The notes: generated by a model from the sequence alone, not told the origin. A stretch of 44,611 nt of DNA from Candidatus Oleincola secundus (GCA_018400815.1 JAGYLS010000007.1:1-44611), one strand, 5' to 3'. Positions 18,948-29,334 are shown, numbered from the stretch's first letter. A program made the numbers and translations.

Positions 18948-20702
18948 TTAATGATAAAGGGTAAACTTTTTATGTCTCTTTTTCCCCCCGATTTGGGCCT
19001 CGTATTCTTCTCTAAAGTATCGAATAGTAGTTAAAACCGGATTTGGTGCAGTTTGTCCCAATCCACAAAGAGCAGTGTCTTTGAGAATATTTGCCAGTTT
19101 TTCTAGAAGTTCAATATCCCCTTCTTTGCCTTTTCCTTCCCAGATATTGTTGAGAATTTCTGACAACCTCTTGGTGCCTTCCCGGCAAGGAGTACATTTG
19201 CCGCAGGATTCTTCCTGACAAAAATCCATAAAGAAGCGAGCTATATCTACCGCACTTTTATCCTCATTTATAACAATCAAACCCCCGGATCCCATAATAG
19301 CACCCAGCTCTTTAATTGTCTCATAATCAATTGGGGCATTAAGATGTTGAGATGGGATACAACCTCCAGAAGGTCCTCCGATCTGGGCTGCCTTGAATTT
19401 TTTACCTTCAGGTATTCCACCCCCAATGTTAAAAATAATTGTCTCTAAGGTTGTACCAATAGGCACTTCGACTAAACCTACATTATTGACATCACCTGTC
19501 AATGCAAAAATTTTAGTACCTTTACTTTTTTCTGTGCCAACGCTGGCAAACCATGTGCTACCATTGAGAATAATCTGTGGAATATTAGCTAAGGTCTCAG
19601 TATTATTTAAAACGGTTGGCTTCTCCCATAAACCAGCCTTGGCAGGAAAAGGAGGACGAGGCCTTGGTACACCTCTTTTCCCTTCAATGGACCTCATTAA
19701 GGCAGTCTCTTCTCCACAAACAAAGGCCCCGGCCCCACGGTAAATCTTTAAGTCAAAATCAAAACCTGTTCCCAATATATCAACCCCTATTAGCCCCCAT
19801 TCTTTAGCCTGATCAATGGCTTTGTTTAATATTTTTATGGCCAGAGGATACTCTGCCCGACAGTAAATATATCCCTGATGCGCACCGATTGCTTTAGCCG
19901 CAATGACCATGCCTTCAATTACAGAATGAGGATCCCCTTCTAAGATACTTCGATTCATATAAGCACCCGGGTCACCCTCATCAGCATTACAAATAACATA
20001 TTTAGTCTCACTTTTTTCCCTGGCCGTAAATTGCCATTTAAGACCGGTGGGAAATCCTGCTCCACCTCTTCCTCTCAAACCTGAAGTCATTACTTCACTA
20101 ATAATTTCATCCGGGTTCATGGCAGTAAGTGCTTGGGCCATTCCCTTATATCCGTCCCTTGCAATATAGTCTTCGATTTTTTCAGGGTCAATCAAGCCAC
20201 GATTTCTTAATACTCTTAATTCCTGATTACGGTAAAAAGGTATTTCCTCTATGCCGGGAATCAATTTTTCTGTTATCGCCTCACTAGGTAATTCCCTTTT
20301 TTGCTTGATTCTTTCCTTAACTTGCTGTTGTCTTCCTCTGGCTAAAGCATAACTGGATAAAGGTTGGCCTCTCAAAATATGTTGTTCAAAAATTTCCAGT
20401 ATTTTTTCCTGATTCAACTCCTGGTAAATAACCGGTTCCTGCCCCGACATCTCTATGGTTACCATAGGTTCTCTTCCACAAAATCCTATACACCCGGTTC
20501 TAGAGATCATTATTTCTTTGCTTATTTTTGACTCAGCAATTTTTTTTAAAAGAGTGTCTAAAATTCTTTGGGCACCTGAGGCAATGCCACAAGTGCCCAT
20601 ATGAACAATGACATTAATTTTCTTACTTTGTCTTAAGATTAATTCCTGGTTAATAATATCTTTTTTTATTTTTACTATATCTTTTACTTGCAGTTTTTTC
20701 AT
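18948..20702 (-). CDS. NuoF/HydB-like FMN/NAD subunit of the FDH complex, lacking a C-terminal ferredoxin domain
   Basis: Thioredoxin-like 2Fe-2S N-terminus; 'GLRGRGGAGFPTG', 'NADEGDPGAYMNR', 'CGEETAL', 'ESCGKCTPCREG', 'LCGLG'. Confidence 0.93.
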   Translation of the reverse strand: MKKLQVKDIVKIKKDIINQELILRQSKKINVIVHMGTCGIASGAQRILDTLLKKIAESKISKEIMISRTGCIGFCGREPMVTIEMSGQEPVIYQELNQEKILEIFEQHILRGQPLSSYALARGRQQQVKERIKQKRELPSEAITEKLIPGIEEIPFYRNQELRVLRNRGLIDPEKIEDYIARDGYKGMAQALTAMNPDEIISEVMTSGLRGRGGAGFPTGLKWQFTAREKSETKYVICNADEGDPGAYMNRSILEGDPHSVIEGMVIAAKAIGAHQGYIYCRAEYPLAIKILNKAIDQAKEWGLIGVDILGTGFDFDLKIYRGAGAFVCGEETALMRSIEGKRGVPRPRPPFPAKAGLWEKPTVLNNTETLANIPQIILNGSTWFASVGTEKSKGTKIFALTGDVNNVGLVEVPIGTTLETIIFNIGGGIPEGKKFKAAQIGGPSGGCIPSQHLNAPIDYETIKELGAIMGSGGLIVINEDKSAVDIARFFMDFCQEESCGKCTPCREGTKRLSEILNNIWEGKGKEGDIELLEKLANILKDTALCGLGQTAPNPVLTTIRYFREEYEAQIGGKKRHKKFTLYH

Positions 20703-20738
20703 ATCAAAATAATTACCATATAATTTAATTAATTTGAG

Positions 20739-21236
20739 CTATTTATATTTCTCCAATATCTCAATTACTTTTGATGGTTGAACTCTTCCATATACTTCTC
20801 CATCAACTACCATTACCGGTGCCAGTCCACAAACTCCTAAACATCTGACCGTTTCATAAGTAAACCTTCTATCTAAAGTCGTTTCTCCAGGCTTTACCTG
20901 ATATTCTTTTTCAATGACTTGGGCATTTTCTTTGCCCCCTTTAACATAACAGGCAGTCCCTAAACAGATCTGAATAGTATGTCTACCTCGAAGTTTCATA
21001 GTAAAAAAGGAATAAAAAGTCACTACACCATAAATTTGACTCAAAGGAATATCTGTTTCGTAAGCTATCTTTTTCAGCACTATCATTGGTAAATACCCAA
21101 TAATATCCTGGGCATCTTCAAGCAAAAGAATTAAACCACCAGGTTCTTTCCGGTATTTGGCAATAATTTCATCCAATTGAATGAGCTGTTTAGAACTAAA
21201 TTCTTGCAATAACACCTTATTCATCTGATCTTCCAT
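20739..21236 (-). CDS. NuoE/HydC-like 2Fe-2S subunit
   Basis: 'VVTFYSFF', 'CLGTAC', 'CLGVC'. Confidence 0.93.
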   Translation of the reverse strand: MEDQMNKVLLQEFSSKQLIQLDEIIAKYRKEPGGLILLLEDAQDIIGYLPMIVLKKIAYETDIPLSQIYGVVTFYSFFTMKLRGRHTIQICLGTACYVKGGKENAQVIEKEYQVKPGETTLDRRFTYETVRCLGVCGLAPVMVVDGEVYGRVQPSKVIEILEKYK

Positions 21237-21412
21237 ATTTTCTCTGCCTTCAAGCTCTTATTAAGATAATCTACTATCCAATACTCCAAGTTTATCAATA
21301 TTTTTTAAAAAAGAAGCACCTTTTCTAACGATATACCGATTAGGATTACTCCTATGCTTTTGGTTGTAAATATTTTTTTCAATATAAACTTATTTTAAAC
21401 TTCTTTTCCATT

Positions 21413-21904
21413 TTAATCAAATATATTAAGACCTGAAGCCTTTAGTGCCCTTTCAGCTAATAAAGCAATAACTCCTCCTGCCAGTGCTGTTAAAAATTGA
21501 GGAAAACTCATCATTTGGGCAACTGGCGGTGGAACCTGAACTAATAAATTTACTGCTGTAACCAGGATTAAAAATTTAACAACAGAAGCAATAATAATAC
21601 CCAAGATTTTACTTTTAGATTTTAAGCAAAAGAATAAAGCTACCAGAGCACCATTACCTAAAGCAATAAATGGTATCAATGGAGCCAAAGGAGGTGGAAG
21701 TATTCCTCGCATAGCTGCAATTACGGGAGTAAAAATGCCAATAAATACACCACCCGGCCAACCTACAATCATAGCTGAAAGATAAAGTACGGTATTTACC
21801 AATGGACCGGTAATTAATTGAGGAAAACCTCCCATTTGAAACACCAAAGCAATGGCTAATAAAATGCCTGTTCTAGTTATCCACCTGATTCCGGTATTTT
21901 GCAT
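21413..21904 (-). CDS. ECF transporter S component, substrate unknown
   Basis: 163 aa, 5-6 TM; 'ITRTGILLAIALVFQ', 'QLITGPLVN'. Confidence 0.8.
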   Translation of the reverse strand: MQNTGIRWITRTGILLAIALVFQMGGFPQLITGPLVNTVLYLSAMIVGWPGGVFIGIFTPVIAAMRGILPPPLAPLIPFIALGNGALVALFFCLKSKSKILGIIIASVVKFLILVTAVNLLVQVPPPVAQMMSFPQFLTALAGGVIALLAERALKASGLNIFD

Positions 21905-21930
21905 TATTTCTTCCTCTCTTTCTTAAATAA

Positions 21931-22185
21931 TTATTCTTTAGATTTGTATAGACAGGATTTCACCTGGGTACCGGATAATAATCCCAATTTTCCGGTAAGA
22001 GAACCTACCTTATCAGTATCTCCATAAATAATAAGACAAATTACGTTGATTTTTTGCTGTGAATTGGGTATGCCAATCCTTCCTAATATCATCTCTGCAT
22101 GTTGACTCAAAATGTCATTTACTTCTCTTATTGAGCATTTTTCCGGTTTGATGAATATACTTACTGTTCCAAAACGATACTCCAT
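21931..22185 (-). CDS. TM1266 family 'iron-only hydrogenase system regulator' (ACT-like fold)
   Basis: 'VN.ILS.H..MILGRIGIP', 'VI.LII.GDTD.VGSLTGKLG.L.G..VKS'. Confidence 0.9.
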   Translation of the reverse strand: MEYRFGTVSIFIKPEKCSIREVNDILSQHAEMILGRIGIPNSQQKINVICLIIYGDTDKVGSLTGKLGLLSGTQVKSCLYKSKE

Positions 22186-22217
22186 GATAACCCCTCTATA
22201 CTCTTTTGCCCTTAAAG

Positions 22218-22257
22218 AAAAAAGGATTAACCTTCAAGAAAGAAGATTAATCCTTTT
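22218..22257 (-). terminator. Intrinsic terminator/attenuator between hydA and the TM1266 gene
   Basis: Minus strand AAAAGGATTAATCTTC-TTTCTT-GAAGGTTAATCCTTTTTT (16-bp stem with one G-U pair, U tract). Confidence 0.85.
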
Positions 22258-22281
22258 ATAAATATATAAATATTCTTTTAG

Positions 22282-22329
22282 TCTTCCCCTTGAGGTCAAA
22301 ATTCACTTTTCTTCCTCACAGGTCAAAAT
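22282..22329 (-). promoter_or_regulatory. Tandem conserved hairpin motif, candidate cis-regulatory RNA
   Basis: ATTTTGACCTGTGAGGAAGA and ATTTTGACCTCAAGGGGAAGA, just upstream of the terminator. Confidence 0.55.
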
Positions 22330-22359
22330 ATTATATTTTTAGCTTATATTTCTTAGTGT

Positions 22360-24150
22360 TTATACCTCTTCTTTTTTCTTTTTCTTATCGAAATAATGAG
22401 TATGAAGGAGATGATGCGATTTTTCTCCCAATGGTTGTCCTAAGAATTCATCATATAGTTGTTTAATTGCAGGGTTTTCATGAGATTTTCGGAATTCACG
22501 ACCTTCATCCTCTTTATAAATTGCCTGAATCCTTGCCATTCTCACTTCATCAGTAGTTAAACGAGGCTGTCCTCCACCACCAATACAACCACCGGGGCAG
22601 GTCATAATTTCAATAAAATGATATTCTTTTTCTCCTTTTAGAATAGATTCAATTACTTTATTAGCATTTCCCAACCCATGTGCTACCGCTACCTTAAGTG
22701 TGACACCTTCTAAAAATTTCCAATCCGGCAATGTTTCTTTAATGGTTAGCTCGGCTTCTTTAACTCCATCTAACCCCTGGACTGGCGTAACATGCAATTT
22801 ATCGAAAGGGAGATCTCCTCCAGTAACAATTGCATAAGCCGTACGTAGCGCGGCTTCCATTACACCACCGGTATTGGCGAAGATATCCGCTGCACCAGTA
22901 GAAATACCCATAGGGGCATCCATTTCTTCATCTGGTAAATTAACAAAATCAATACCAGCTTGTTTTATCATTTTTCCAAGTTCTCTTGTTGTCAGGACAT
23001 AATCAACATCTTTTGCACCACTATCATACATTTCATCCCGATTACATTCAAACTTCTTGGCGGTACAGGGCATGATAGAAACAACAACCATTTCTTCCTT
23101 TTTCTTACCGATTTTATCAGCGAAATAAGTTTTAGCTACTGCACCAAACATTTGCTGTGGCGACTTACAGGTCGAAACATTATTTTTCAATTCCGGATAA
23201 AAATTTTCAATATAGTTAATCCAACCGGGGGAACAGGAAGTAAACATGGGCAATTTTGTTTTTTCATCCTTATCTACCAATTTTTTCTTTAACCGGGTTA
23301 ATAATTCCGTACCTTCTTCCATGATGGTCAAATCGGCAGCAAAATTGGTATCAAATACCTGTTTAAATCCCAACATCTTCAATGCTGCAACCATACGACC
23401 TTTTACCAATGTACCCGGCGGCAAGTCAAAACATTCACCTAATGCAGCCCGAATAGCCGGAGCTGTTTGGACTACCACAAATTTTTCAGGATCTTCTAAG
23501 ATTTCCCAAACCTTTTCAGTATCATCACATTCACTAATAGCACCTACCGGACAGACCGCGGCACATTGACCACATTGCACACAGACAGCCTCATCCAAAA
23601 AATCTCCCTGTCCAGGTGCAATAATTGTTTCGAATCCCCTGGCTCTTGGCGCCAAAGTACTGACACCCTGGACTTCCTGACACACGGTTACACATCTTCG
23701 GCACAAAATACATTTATTTGGATCCCGAATAATTCCAGGTGTACTCTTATCTAAGGGCAATTTTTCCTTAACAGATTGAAATCTTACTTCTCTTATGCCG
23801 TATTCATCTGCCAGTTTTTGTAATTCACAGCTTTGATTTCGATCACAGGTGTTACATTCCCAGGGATGGTCACATAGCAATAATTCTAATATTGTTTTTC
23901 TGGCATTTCTTACTCTTTTATTATTTGTTTTAATCTTCATTCCTTCATTCACTTCGGTTACACAGGCAGGTTGTAAGGTGTTTGCGCCTTCTACTTCCAC
24001 CACACATACACGACAGGAACCAGGATTTTGAAGCCCTTCCAGATAACAAAGTGTTGGAATTTTGATTCCTACCTTTTTTGCGGCATCCAGAATAGTTGTT
24101 CCTTTCTCTACCTCTAAAGGCATATTGTTTATTTCAATTTTTACTCCCAT
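22360..24150 (-). CDS. hydA: [FeFe]-hydrogenase group A catalytic subunit (multimeric, NAD-linked type)
   Basis: H-cluster motifs 'FTSCSPGW', 'MPCTAKKFE', 'EIMTCPGGCIGGGGQP'; 2Fe-2S, His-Cys3 and 2x4Fe-4S N-terminus. Confidence 0.97.
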   Translation of the reverse strand: MGVKIEINNMPLEVEKGTTILDAAKKVGIKIPTLCYLEGLQNPGSCRVCVVEVEGANTLQPACVTEVNEGMKIKTNNKRVRNARKTILELLLCDHPWECNTCDRNQSCELQKLADEYGIREVRFQSVKEKLPLDKSTPGIIRDPNKCILCRRCVTVCQEVQGVSTLAPRARGFETIIAPGQGDFLDEAVCVQCGQCAAVCPVGAISECDDTEKVWEILEDPEKFVVVQTAPAIRAALGECFDLPPGTLVKGRMVAALKMLGFKQVFDTNFAADLTIMEEGTELLTRLKKKLVDKDEKTKLPMFTSCSPGWINYIENFYPELKNNVSTCKSPQQMFGAVAKTYFADKIGKKKEEMVVVSIMPCTAKKFECNRDEMYDSGAKDVDYVLTTRELGKMIKQAGIDFVNLPDEEMDAPMGISTGAADIFANTGGVMEAALRTAYAIVTGGDLPFDKLHVTPVQGLDGVKEAELTIKETLPDWKFLEGVTLKVAVAHGLGNANKVIESILKGEKEYHFIEIMTCPGGCIGGGGQPRLTTDEVRMARIQAIYKEDEGREFRKSHENPAIKQLYDEFLGQPLGEKSHHLLHTHYFDKKKKKEEV

Positions 24151-24172
24151 TATTTAACTCCTTATCTTATCT

Positions 24173-25816
24173 TTATGAATAGTATACGACTTTTTCGTTT
24201 TGCTCTCTGGTTGGAGACTTACGTTTCTTTTCCGTATTTATACCTTCTCTCAATTCGCCTCCAAAATATTTCAAAGCAGACAGAACCGGTTGGGCAACCG
24301 ACTGTCCCAATGGGCAAAAAGCAGTTAATTTAAGAATGCTGGCAATATCCTGAATATTTTCTAACTCATCAAAATAACCTTCCTTTTTATTTAGCCTTTT
24401 AAAAGCTTCATATATATGTTTGGTCCCAATTCGGCAAACAGAACATCTTCCACAGGATTCGTGAACAAAAAATTTCATACAGCTTGCCAGGAAATCAGAA
24501 ACCGAGACAGAATCATTCATAATAAGCAAAGCACCTGAACCAAGATTGTGCCCTAACTCCTGTAAAGAACTATATTCTAATGGTGTATCCAGCAACTGTT
24601 TAGAAAATACATCACCGGCAGCACCGCCAATTTGTGCCATTTTAAATTGACCGGATGATATTCCACCTGCATAATCATAAATAATTTCCCTTAGGGTAAT
24701 ACCCATAGGCACTTCGATTAATCCAGGACGGTTTACATGCCCTAAAACCGTATAAACTTTTGTACCCGGTGTACTCTTAGCACCAAATCTCCTGAACCAT
24801 TCTGCACCATTTAATATAATAGAAGGGATATTAGCAAGAGTTTCTACATTATTAATGAGCGTAGGTTGTTGTAAAAATCCCTGTTGTGCGGGATAAGGAG
24901 GTTTGATGCGTGGTTCTCCGCGATACCCCTCCATGGAACTGAGCAAAGCTGTTTCTTCTCCACAAACATAGGAACCTGCCCCAATTTTAATCTGAATATT
25001 GAAATTAAATCCTGAACCAAATATATTCTTTCCTAAAAGGCCCATTCCTTTTGCCTGTTTGATGGCATTCTGTAAGCGTTCTATTGATAACTTATATTCC
25101 CCCCTGATGTAGATGTATCCAAATTCAGATTCTACGGCATAGCCGGCAATTGTCATTGCCTCAATTATTTTATGGGGATCTCCTTCCATAATCAAACGGT
25201 CTTTGAAGGTACCAGGTTCTCCTTCATCAGCATTACAAATAACATACTTAGGATATTTTTTTTCTCCAAAGGTGAAAGACCACTTTAAACCTGTGGGAAA
25301 TCCTGCTCCACCTCTTCCTCGTAAACCTGATTCTTTAATAATTTCAATAATTTCTTCCGGTGATTTTTCTTGCAAAACATGACCTAACGCTTCATACCCC
25401 CCTACACCAATATATTCATTGATGTCATCAGGGCTAATCCTTCCACAGTTATTCAGGACTATACGGCCATAATGCTGGGTTTTCCTGGAATCATATTCTA
25501 ATAATCTTAATTCATCCGGTAATGTTCCTGACATTAGTCTTTTTTGATATGTTCTTCCCTTAATAAATTTTTCCTGAATAAATTCCTCGATATCGTCTTC
25601 GGTTATATTGGCATACATTTCTCCACCGGGAAAAACTCCTAACACAACACCCTGGTTCGTAGGACCAATGCTACCAGTTTCAATTACTTTAATCTGCTCG
25701 GAAAGCCCATGGCTACTTAGTTCAGTAATTAATTTTGTTTTAACCTTCCTGGCACCAGAAAGGACAGTATTACTATCAATTCCTACCAAAATTTGGGCAA
25801 TATTTTTGTCAGTCAT
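24173..25816 (-). CDS. hydB: HydB/NuoF-like diaphorase subunit, non-bifurcating type
   Basis: 'NADEGEPGTFKDR', 'GTKVY', 'GGAAG'; Cys-free thioredoxin-like N-terminus; no C-terminal ferredoxin domain. Confidence 0.88.
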   Translation of the reverse strand: MTDKNIAQILVGIDSNTVLSGARKVKTKLITELSSHGLSEQIKVIETGSIGPTNQGVVLGVFPGGEMYANITEDDIEEFIQEKFIKGRTYQKRLMSGTLPDELRLLEYDSRKTQHYGRIVLNNCGRISPDDINEYIGVGGYEALGHVLQEKSPEEIIEIIKESGLRGRGGAGFPTGLKWSFTFGEKKYPKYVICNADEGEPGTFKDRLIMEGDPHKIIEAMTIAGYAVESEFGYIYIRGEYKLSIERLQNAIKQAKGMGLLGKNIFGSGFNFNIQIKIGAGSYVCGEETALLSSMEGYRGEPRIKPPYPAQQGFLQQPTLINNVETLANIPSIILNGAEWFRRFGAKSTPGTKVYTVLGHVNRPGLIEVPMGITLREIIYDYAGGISSGQFKMAQIGGAAGDVFSKQLLDTPLEYSSLQELGHNLGSGALLIMNDSVSVSDFLASCMKFFVHESCGRCSVCRIGTKHIYEAFKRLNKKEGYFDELENIQDIASILKLTAFCPLGQSVAQPVLSALKYFGGELREGINTEKKRKSPTREQNEKVVYYS

Positions 25817-25819
25817 ACT

Positions 25820-26284
25820 CTATTTGCCCTCCTTTTTCTTGATTTGTTCTATAATATTTTTAATCTTTTCACCGGTTAAGTTTCCATAGACAGTATCATT
25901 TATCATAACAGCAGGAGCAACAGAACAGACCCCCAAACAACTGGTTTCTTCCAAGGTAAACAATCCGTCAGTTGTTGTTTCGCTTTTGTCGATCTGCAAT
26001 TCTCTAGAAATAACTTCAAAAATTGTTTCTGCACCCATAATATGACAGGGAGGACTGGCACAAACTCGAATAATATATTTCCCCCTGGGCTGAAAGCTAA
26101 ACATGCTGTAAAATGAAGCAGTCCCGGTAATATCAGATAATGGAATTCTCATTTCCTCACTTAATACAGTAATATTTGCTTTACTAATATAATTCTGCGG
26201 GTCATTGTCTTGAATTTCATGTAAGATCTGCAAAAGGTTTTCTCTTTTTCCTTCATATTTTCTTACAATTTCCCTTACTTTCAT
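25820..26284 (-). CDS. hydC: HydC/NuoE-like 2Fe-2S subunit
   Basis: 'SFYSMF', 'CASPPC', 'CLGVC'. Confidence 0.9.
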   Translation of the reverse strand: MKVREIVRKYEGKRENLLQILHEIQDNDPQNYISKANITVLSEEMRIPLSDITGTASFYSMFSFQPRGKYIIRVCASPPCHIMGAETIFEVISRELQIDKSETTTDGLFTLEETSCLGVCSVAPAVMINDTVYGNLTGEKIKNIIEQIKKKEGK

Positions 26285-29200
26285 AACCCCTCCTCTTCTT
26301 CCTTATATTCACAACGAAGACATCTTTCAGACTCCCTTTGTGCTACAGAGGATTCCCAGGTATTCTCTACTTCCGTATTTCCTTTTCTTTCATCTACTGG
26401 AATTAAATGATGACTTTCTCTACCCCAACTTACCGGTTCATCCTCAGGATTAAATGATACTTCAATGGGATCTTTTACTCTCCAAGGATAGTACACTTCT
26501 TCTTTCTTTCCGGTTAAATAGCTATCAATTTCTTCTGCTGCGTTTTGAGCTGCACCAATAGCTTCAACCACTGTGGCCGGGCCTGAAACAACATCTCCAC
26601 CGGCAAAAATATCTTTTACTGAAGTCTGCCCGTTATCAGAATCTGATTTGACAGTATCATTTCTATTCAAGGTAATCGATTCTGCTTCTGCAATTTCTTT
26701 TATCTTAGTTTTTTGTCCCAATGCAAGTATTAGTGTGTCAATCTCTTTTGAGAAAGGGGAAGCCTGGATTTCAATTGGCCTTCGTCTGCCTGAACTATCA
26801 AATTCACCAAGTCGCATCTTGACCATTTCTACCTTAAGTTTTCCGTTATTCTCAGAAACTGACTTGATATTCTGCAAAACAAAAATATTTACTCCTTCTA
26901 TTTCGGCTTGTTCAATTTCTTCAATATCTGCCGGCATTTCACTGCGGGTTCTGCGATAAACAATAGATACATTTGCTCCTAATCGTTTAGCGGTTCTGGC
27001 TGCATCGATAGCAGTGTTTCCTCCGCCTATGACAACAACCTCATCACCAACATTGATTTTTTCACCGCTATTAACCTTAAAAAGGAAATCGAGTCCGGAC
27101 ATTACTTTATCATTCTCTAAACCACTAACGGGTGGAACCACGCAATCCCAGGCACCTGCAGCCAGATAGAAAGCCTGATATCCTTCCTTACGTAATTGTT
27201 CGATAGTAACATCCTTACCGATACTTGTATTAGTTTTCACCTTAATACCATATTTGATCAAATCTTCTATTTCTTTTCTAACAATCTCTTTAGGTAGTCT
27301 ATATTCCGGAATGGCATAGGTTAACATTCCTCCTGGTTCGGGGAGTGCCTCAAAAACGGCTACTTCATAACCTATCATTGTTAAGAAATAAGCACAGGAG
27401 AGTCCGGAAGGACCAGCACCGATAACAGCTACTTTTTTACCATTGGATTCCTTTTTATCAGGATAAGAAGGTTGATATTTTTTAACCTCATCCGCCATAA
27501 AGCGTTTAACTGCTCTAATATTAATTGCCTCATCAATGTCCCTTCTTCTACATCTTGACTCACAAAATGCCGGACAAACTCTACCACAAACAGCTGGGAA
27601 AGGGTTTGTTTTCATATGGGCCTTTAAGGCTCTCTCGTATTGACCAATCTTAGTATAGGCAAGATAAGCAGGTACATCTACCGAAGCCGGACAACTATTG
27701 GAACAAGGTGCATAGACCAGATCAGCACAAACACCTGCTCGACACTTTTTATCCCGAATATGTTCAATATATTCTTCCCTAAAATACTTAAGTGTGGACA
27801 AAATCGGGTTAGGAGCAGTCTGCCCCAACCCACATAAAGCAGTATCCTTAATTTCGTAAGCAAGTTGTTCAAGATTATCCAAGTCTTCCATAGTCCCCTT
27901 GCCCTGACAAATTCTGGTTAGGATATTAAACATGATGCGAGTCCCCTCTCGACAGGGGGTACACTTACCACAGGACTCTTCCTGAATAAATTCCATGAAA
28001 TAACGGGCTATGTCAACCATACAGGTATCTTCATCCATTACAATTAGTCCACCGGAACCCATAATGGCCCCTAGCTCTTTTAATGATTCATAGTCAACTT
28101 TTACATTAAGATGTTCAACTGGAATACAACCACCGGAAGGACCGCCTATCTGAACTGCTTTCAACTTCTTATTATTTGGAATTCCTCCCCCGATATCATA
28201 AATAATGGTACCAAGAGGAATACCCATAGGTACTTCAATTAAGCCGGTATTATTGATATCTCCCGCCAGGGCAAATACCTTGGTTCCTTTACTTTTTTCT
28301 GTACCTAAAGAGGAAAATTCCTTTGGTCCTTTTAAAATAATATAAGGAACATTGGCATAAGTCTCTACATTATTTAAAACAGTGGGACAGTCAAAAAGTC
28401 CTTTTTGAGCAGGGAAAGGAGGTTTTGGCCTTGGTTCTCCTCTTTTACCTTCGATAGAATGAATTAAGGCTGTTTCCTCACCGCAAACAAAGGCACCGGC
28501 ACCCATTCTAATCTCTAAATTAAAATTAAAATTGGTTCCCAAAATATTATTGCCCAATAACTGGTTGTTTTGGGCATCTTTTATAGCCCGGGACAGTCTT
28601 TCAATAGCAAGAGGGTATTCTGCTCTAACATAAACATATCCCTGATCCGCACCAATAGCATAACCACAAATCATCATAGCCTCAATAATGCTATGGGGAT
28701 CCCCCTCTAAGAGACTCCGATCCATAAAGGCACCAGGATCACCCTCGTCCGCATTGCATAGAACATACTTTTGTGAACCAGGAGCCGCAGCAGTAAACTG
28801 CCACTTTAAACCTGTAGGAAATCCTGCCCCACCTCGCCCTCTCAAACCGGATTCTTTTATAAATTCTATTACCTCTTCTGGTTTTAGCTCTGTTAGGGCC
28901 TTCCCTAAAGACATATACCCATCGGCAGCAATATACTCCTCAATATCCAATGGATTTATATTTCCACAATTCCTTAAAGCAATTTTTTTCTGTAGCTTAA
29001 AGAAATCAATGTCATTAAACATTGCGATAAGTTCATCTTTTTCAGGTTTTTTATATAATAAACGCTTAACTATTCTCCCTTTCAGTAAATGCTCTTGAAC
29101 AATCTCCGGGACGTCTTCAGGCAATACCCTTTGATAGAAAATACCTTCGGGATAAACCACCATAACCGGCCCTAATTCACATGTCCCCATACAACCGGTA

Positions 29201-29334
29201 GCAATGATGTCAATTTCATTATGCAGCCCTACTTTGCCTAATTCGGTTTCTAATGCTTCTTTTACCTTATCAGCCCCTGAGGACAAACAGGCACCACCAT
29301 AACACAACAGTATATGTGCTCTATAATTATCCAT
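26281..29334 (-). CDS. HydB/NuoF fused to a GltD/NfnB-like FAD/NADP(H) oxidoreductase
   Basis: NuoF motifs ('NADEGDPGAFMDR', 'GGPSG', 'CRAGVC'), then 'APCSNSCP', 'CGRVCPAFCESRC', 'VIGAGPSG', 'GGGNTA..YRR', 'FAGGD', 'RCLRC'. Confidence 0.92.
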   Translation of the reverse strand: MDNYRAHILLCYGGACLSSGADKVKEALETELGKVGLHNEIDIIATGCMGTCELGPVMVVYPEGIFYQRVLPEDVPEIVQEHLLKGRIVKRLLYKKPEKDELIAMFNDIDFFKLQKKIALRNCGNINPLDIEEYIAADGYMSLGKALTELKPEEVIEFIKESGLRGRGGAGFPTGLKWQFTAAAPGSQKYVLCNADEGDPGAFMDRSLLEGDPHSIIEAMMICGYAIGADQGYVYVRAEYPLAIERLSRAIKDAQNNQLLGNNILGTNFNFNLEIRMGAGAFVCGEETALIHSIEGKRGEPRPKPPFPAQKGLFDCPTVLNNVETYANVPYIILKGPKEFSSLGTEKSKGTKVFALAGDINNTGLIEVPMGIPLGTIIYDIGGGIPNNKKLKAVQIGGPSGGCIPVEHLNVKVDYESLKELGAIMGSGGLIVMDEDTCMVDIARYFMEFIQEESCGKCTPCREGTRIMFNILTRICQGKGTMEDLDNLEQLAYEIKDTALCGLGQTAPNPILSTLKYFREEYIEHIRDKKCRAGVCADLVYAPCSNSCPASVDVPAYLAYTKIGQYERALKAHMKTNPFPAVCGRVCPAFCESRCRRRDIDEAINIRAVKRFMADEVKKYQPSYPDKKESNGKKVAVIGAGPSGLSCAYFLTMIGYEVAVFEALPEPGGMLTYAIPEYRLPKEIVRKEIEDLIKYGIKVKTNTSIGKDVTIEQLRKEGYQAFYLAAGAWDCVVPPVSGLENDKVMSGLDFLFKVNSGEKINVGDEVVVIGGGNTAIDAARTAKRLGANVSIVYRRTRSEMPADIEEIEQAEIEGVNIFVLQNIKSVSENNGKLKVEMVKMRLGEFDSSGRRRPIEIQASPFSKEIDTLILALGQKTKIKEIAEAESITLNRNDTVKSDSDNGQTSVKDIFAGGDVVSGPATVVEAIGAAQNAAEEIDSYLTGKKEEVYYPWRVKDPIEVSFNPEDEPVSWGRESHHLIPVDERKGNTEVENTWESSVAQRESERCLRCEYKEEEEGL

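Noticed and set aside
20040..28850. Repeated DNA such as GGAAATCCTGCTCCACCTCTTCCTC
   Set aside because: It is the conserved RGRGGAGFP coding motif in three nuoF paralogues, not a repeat element.
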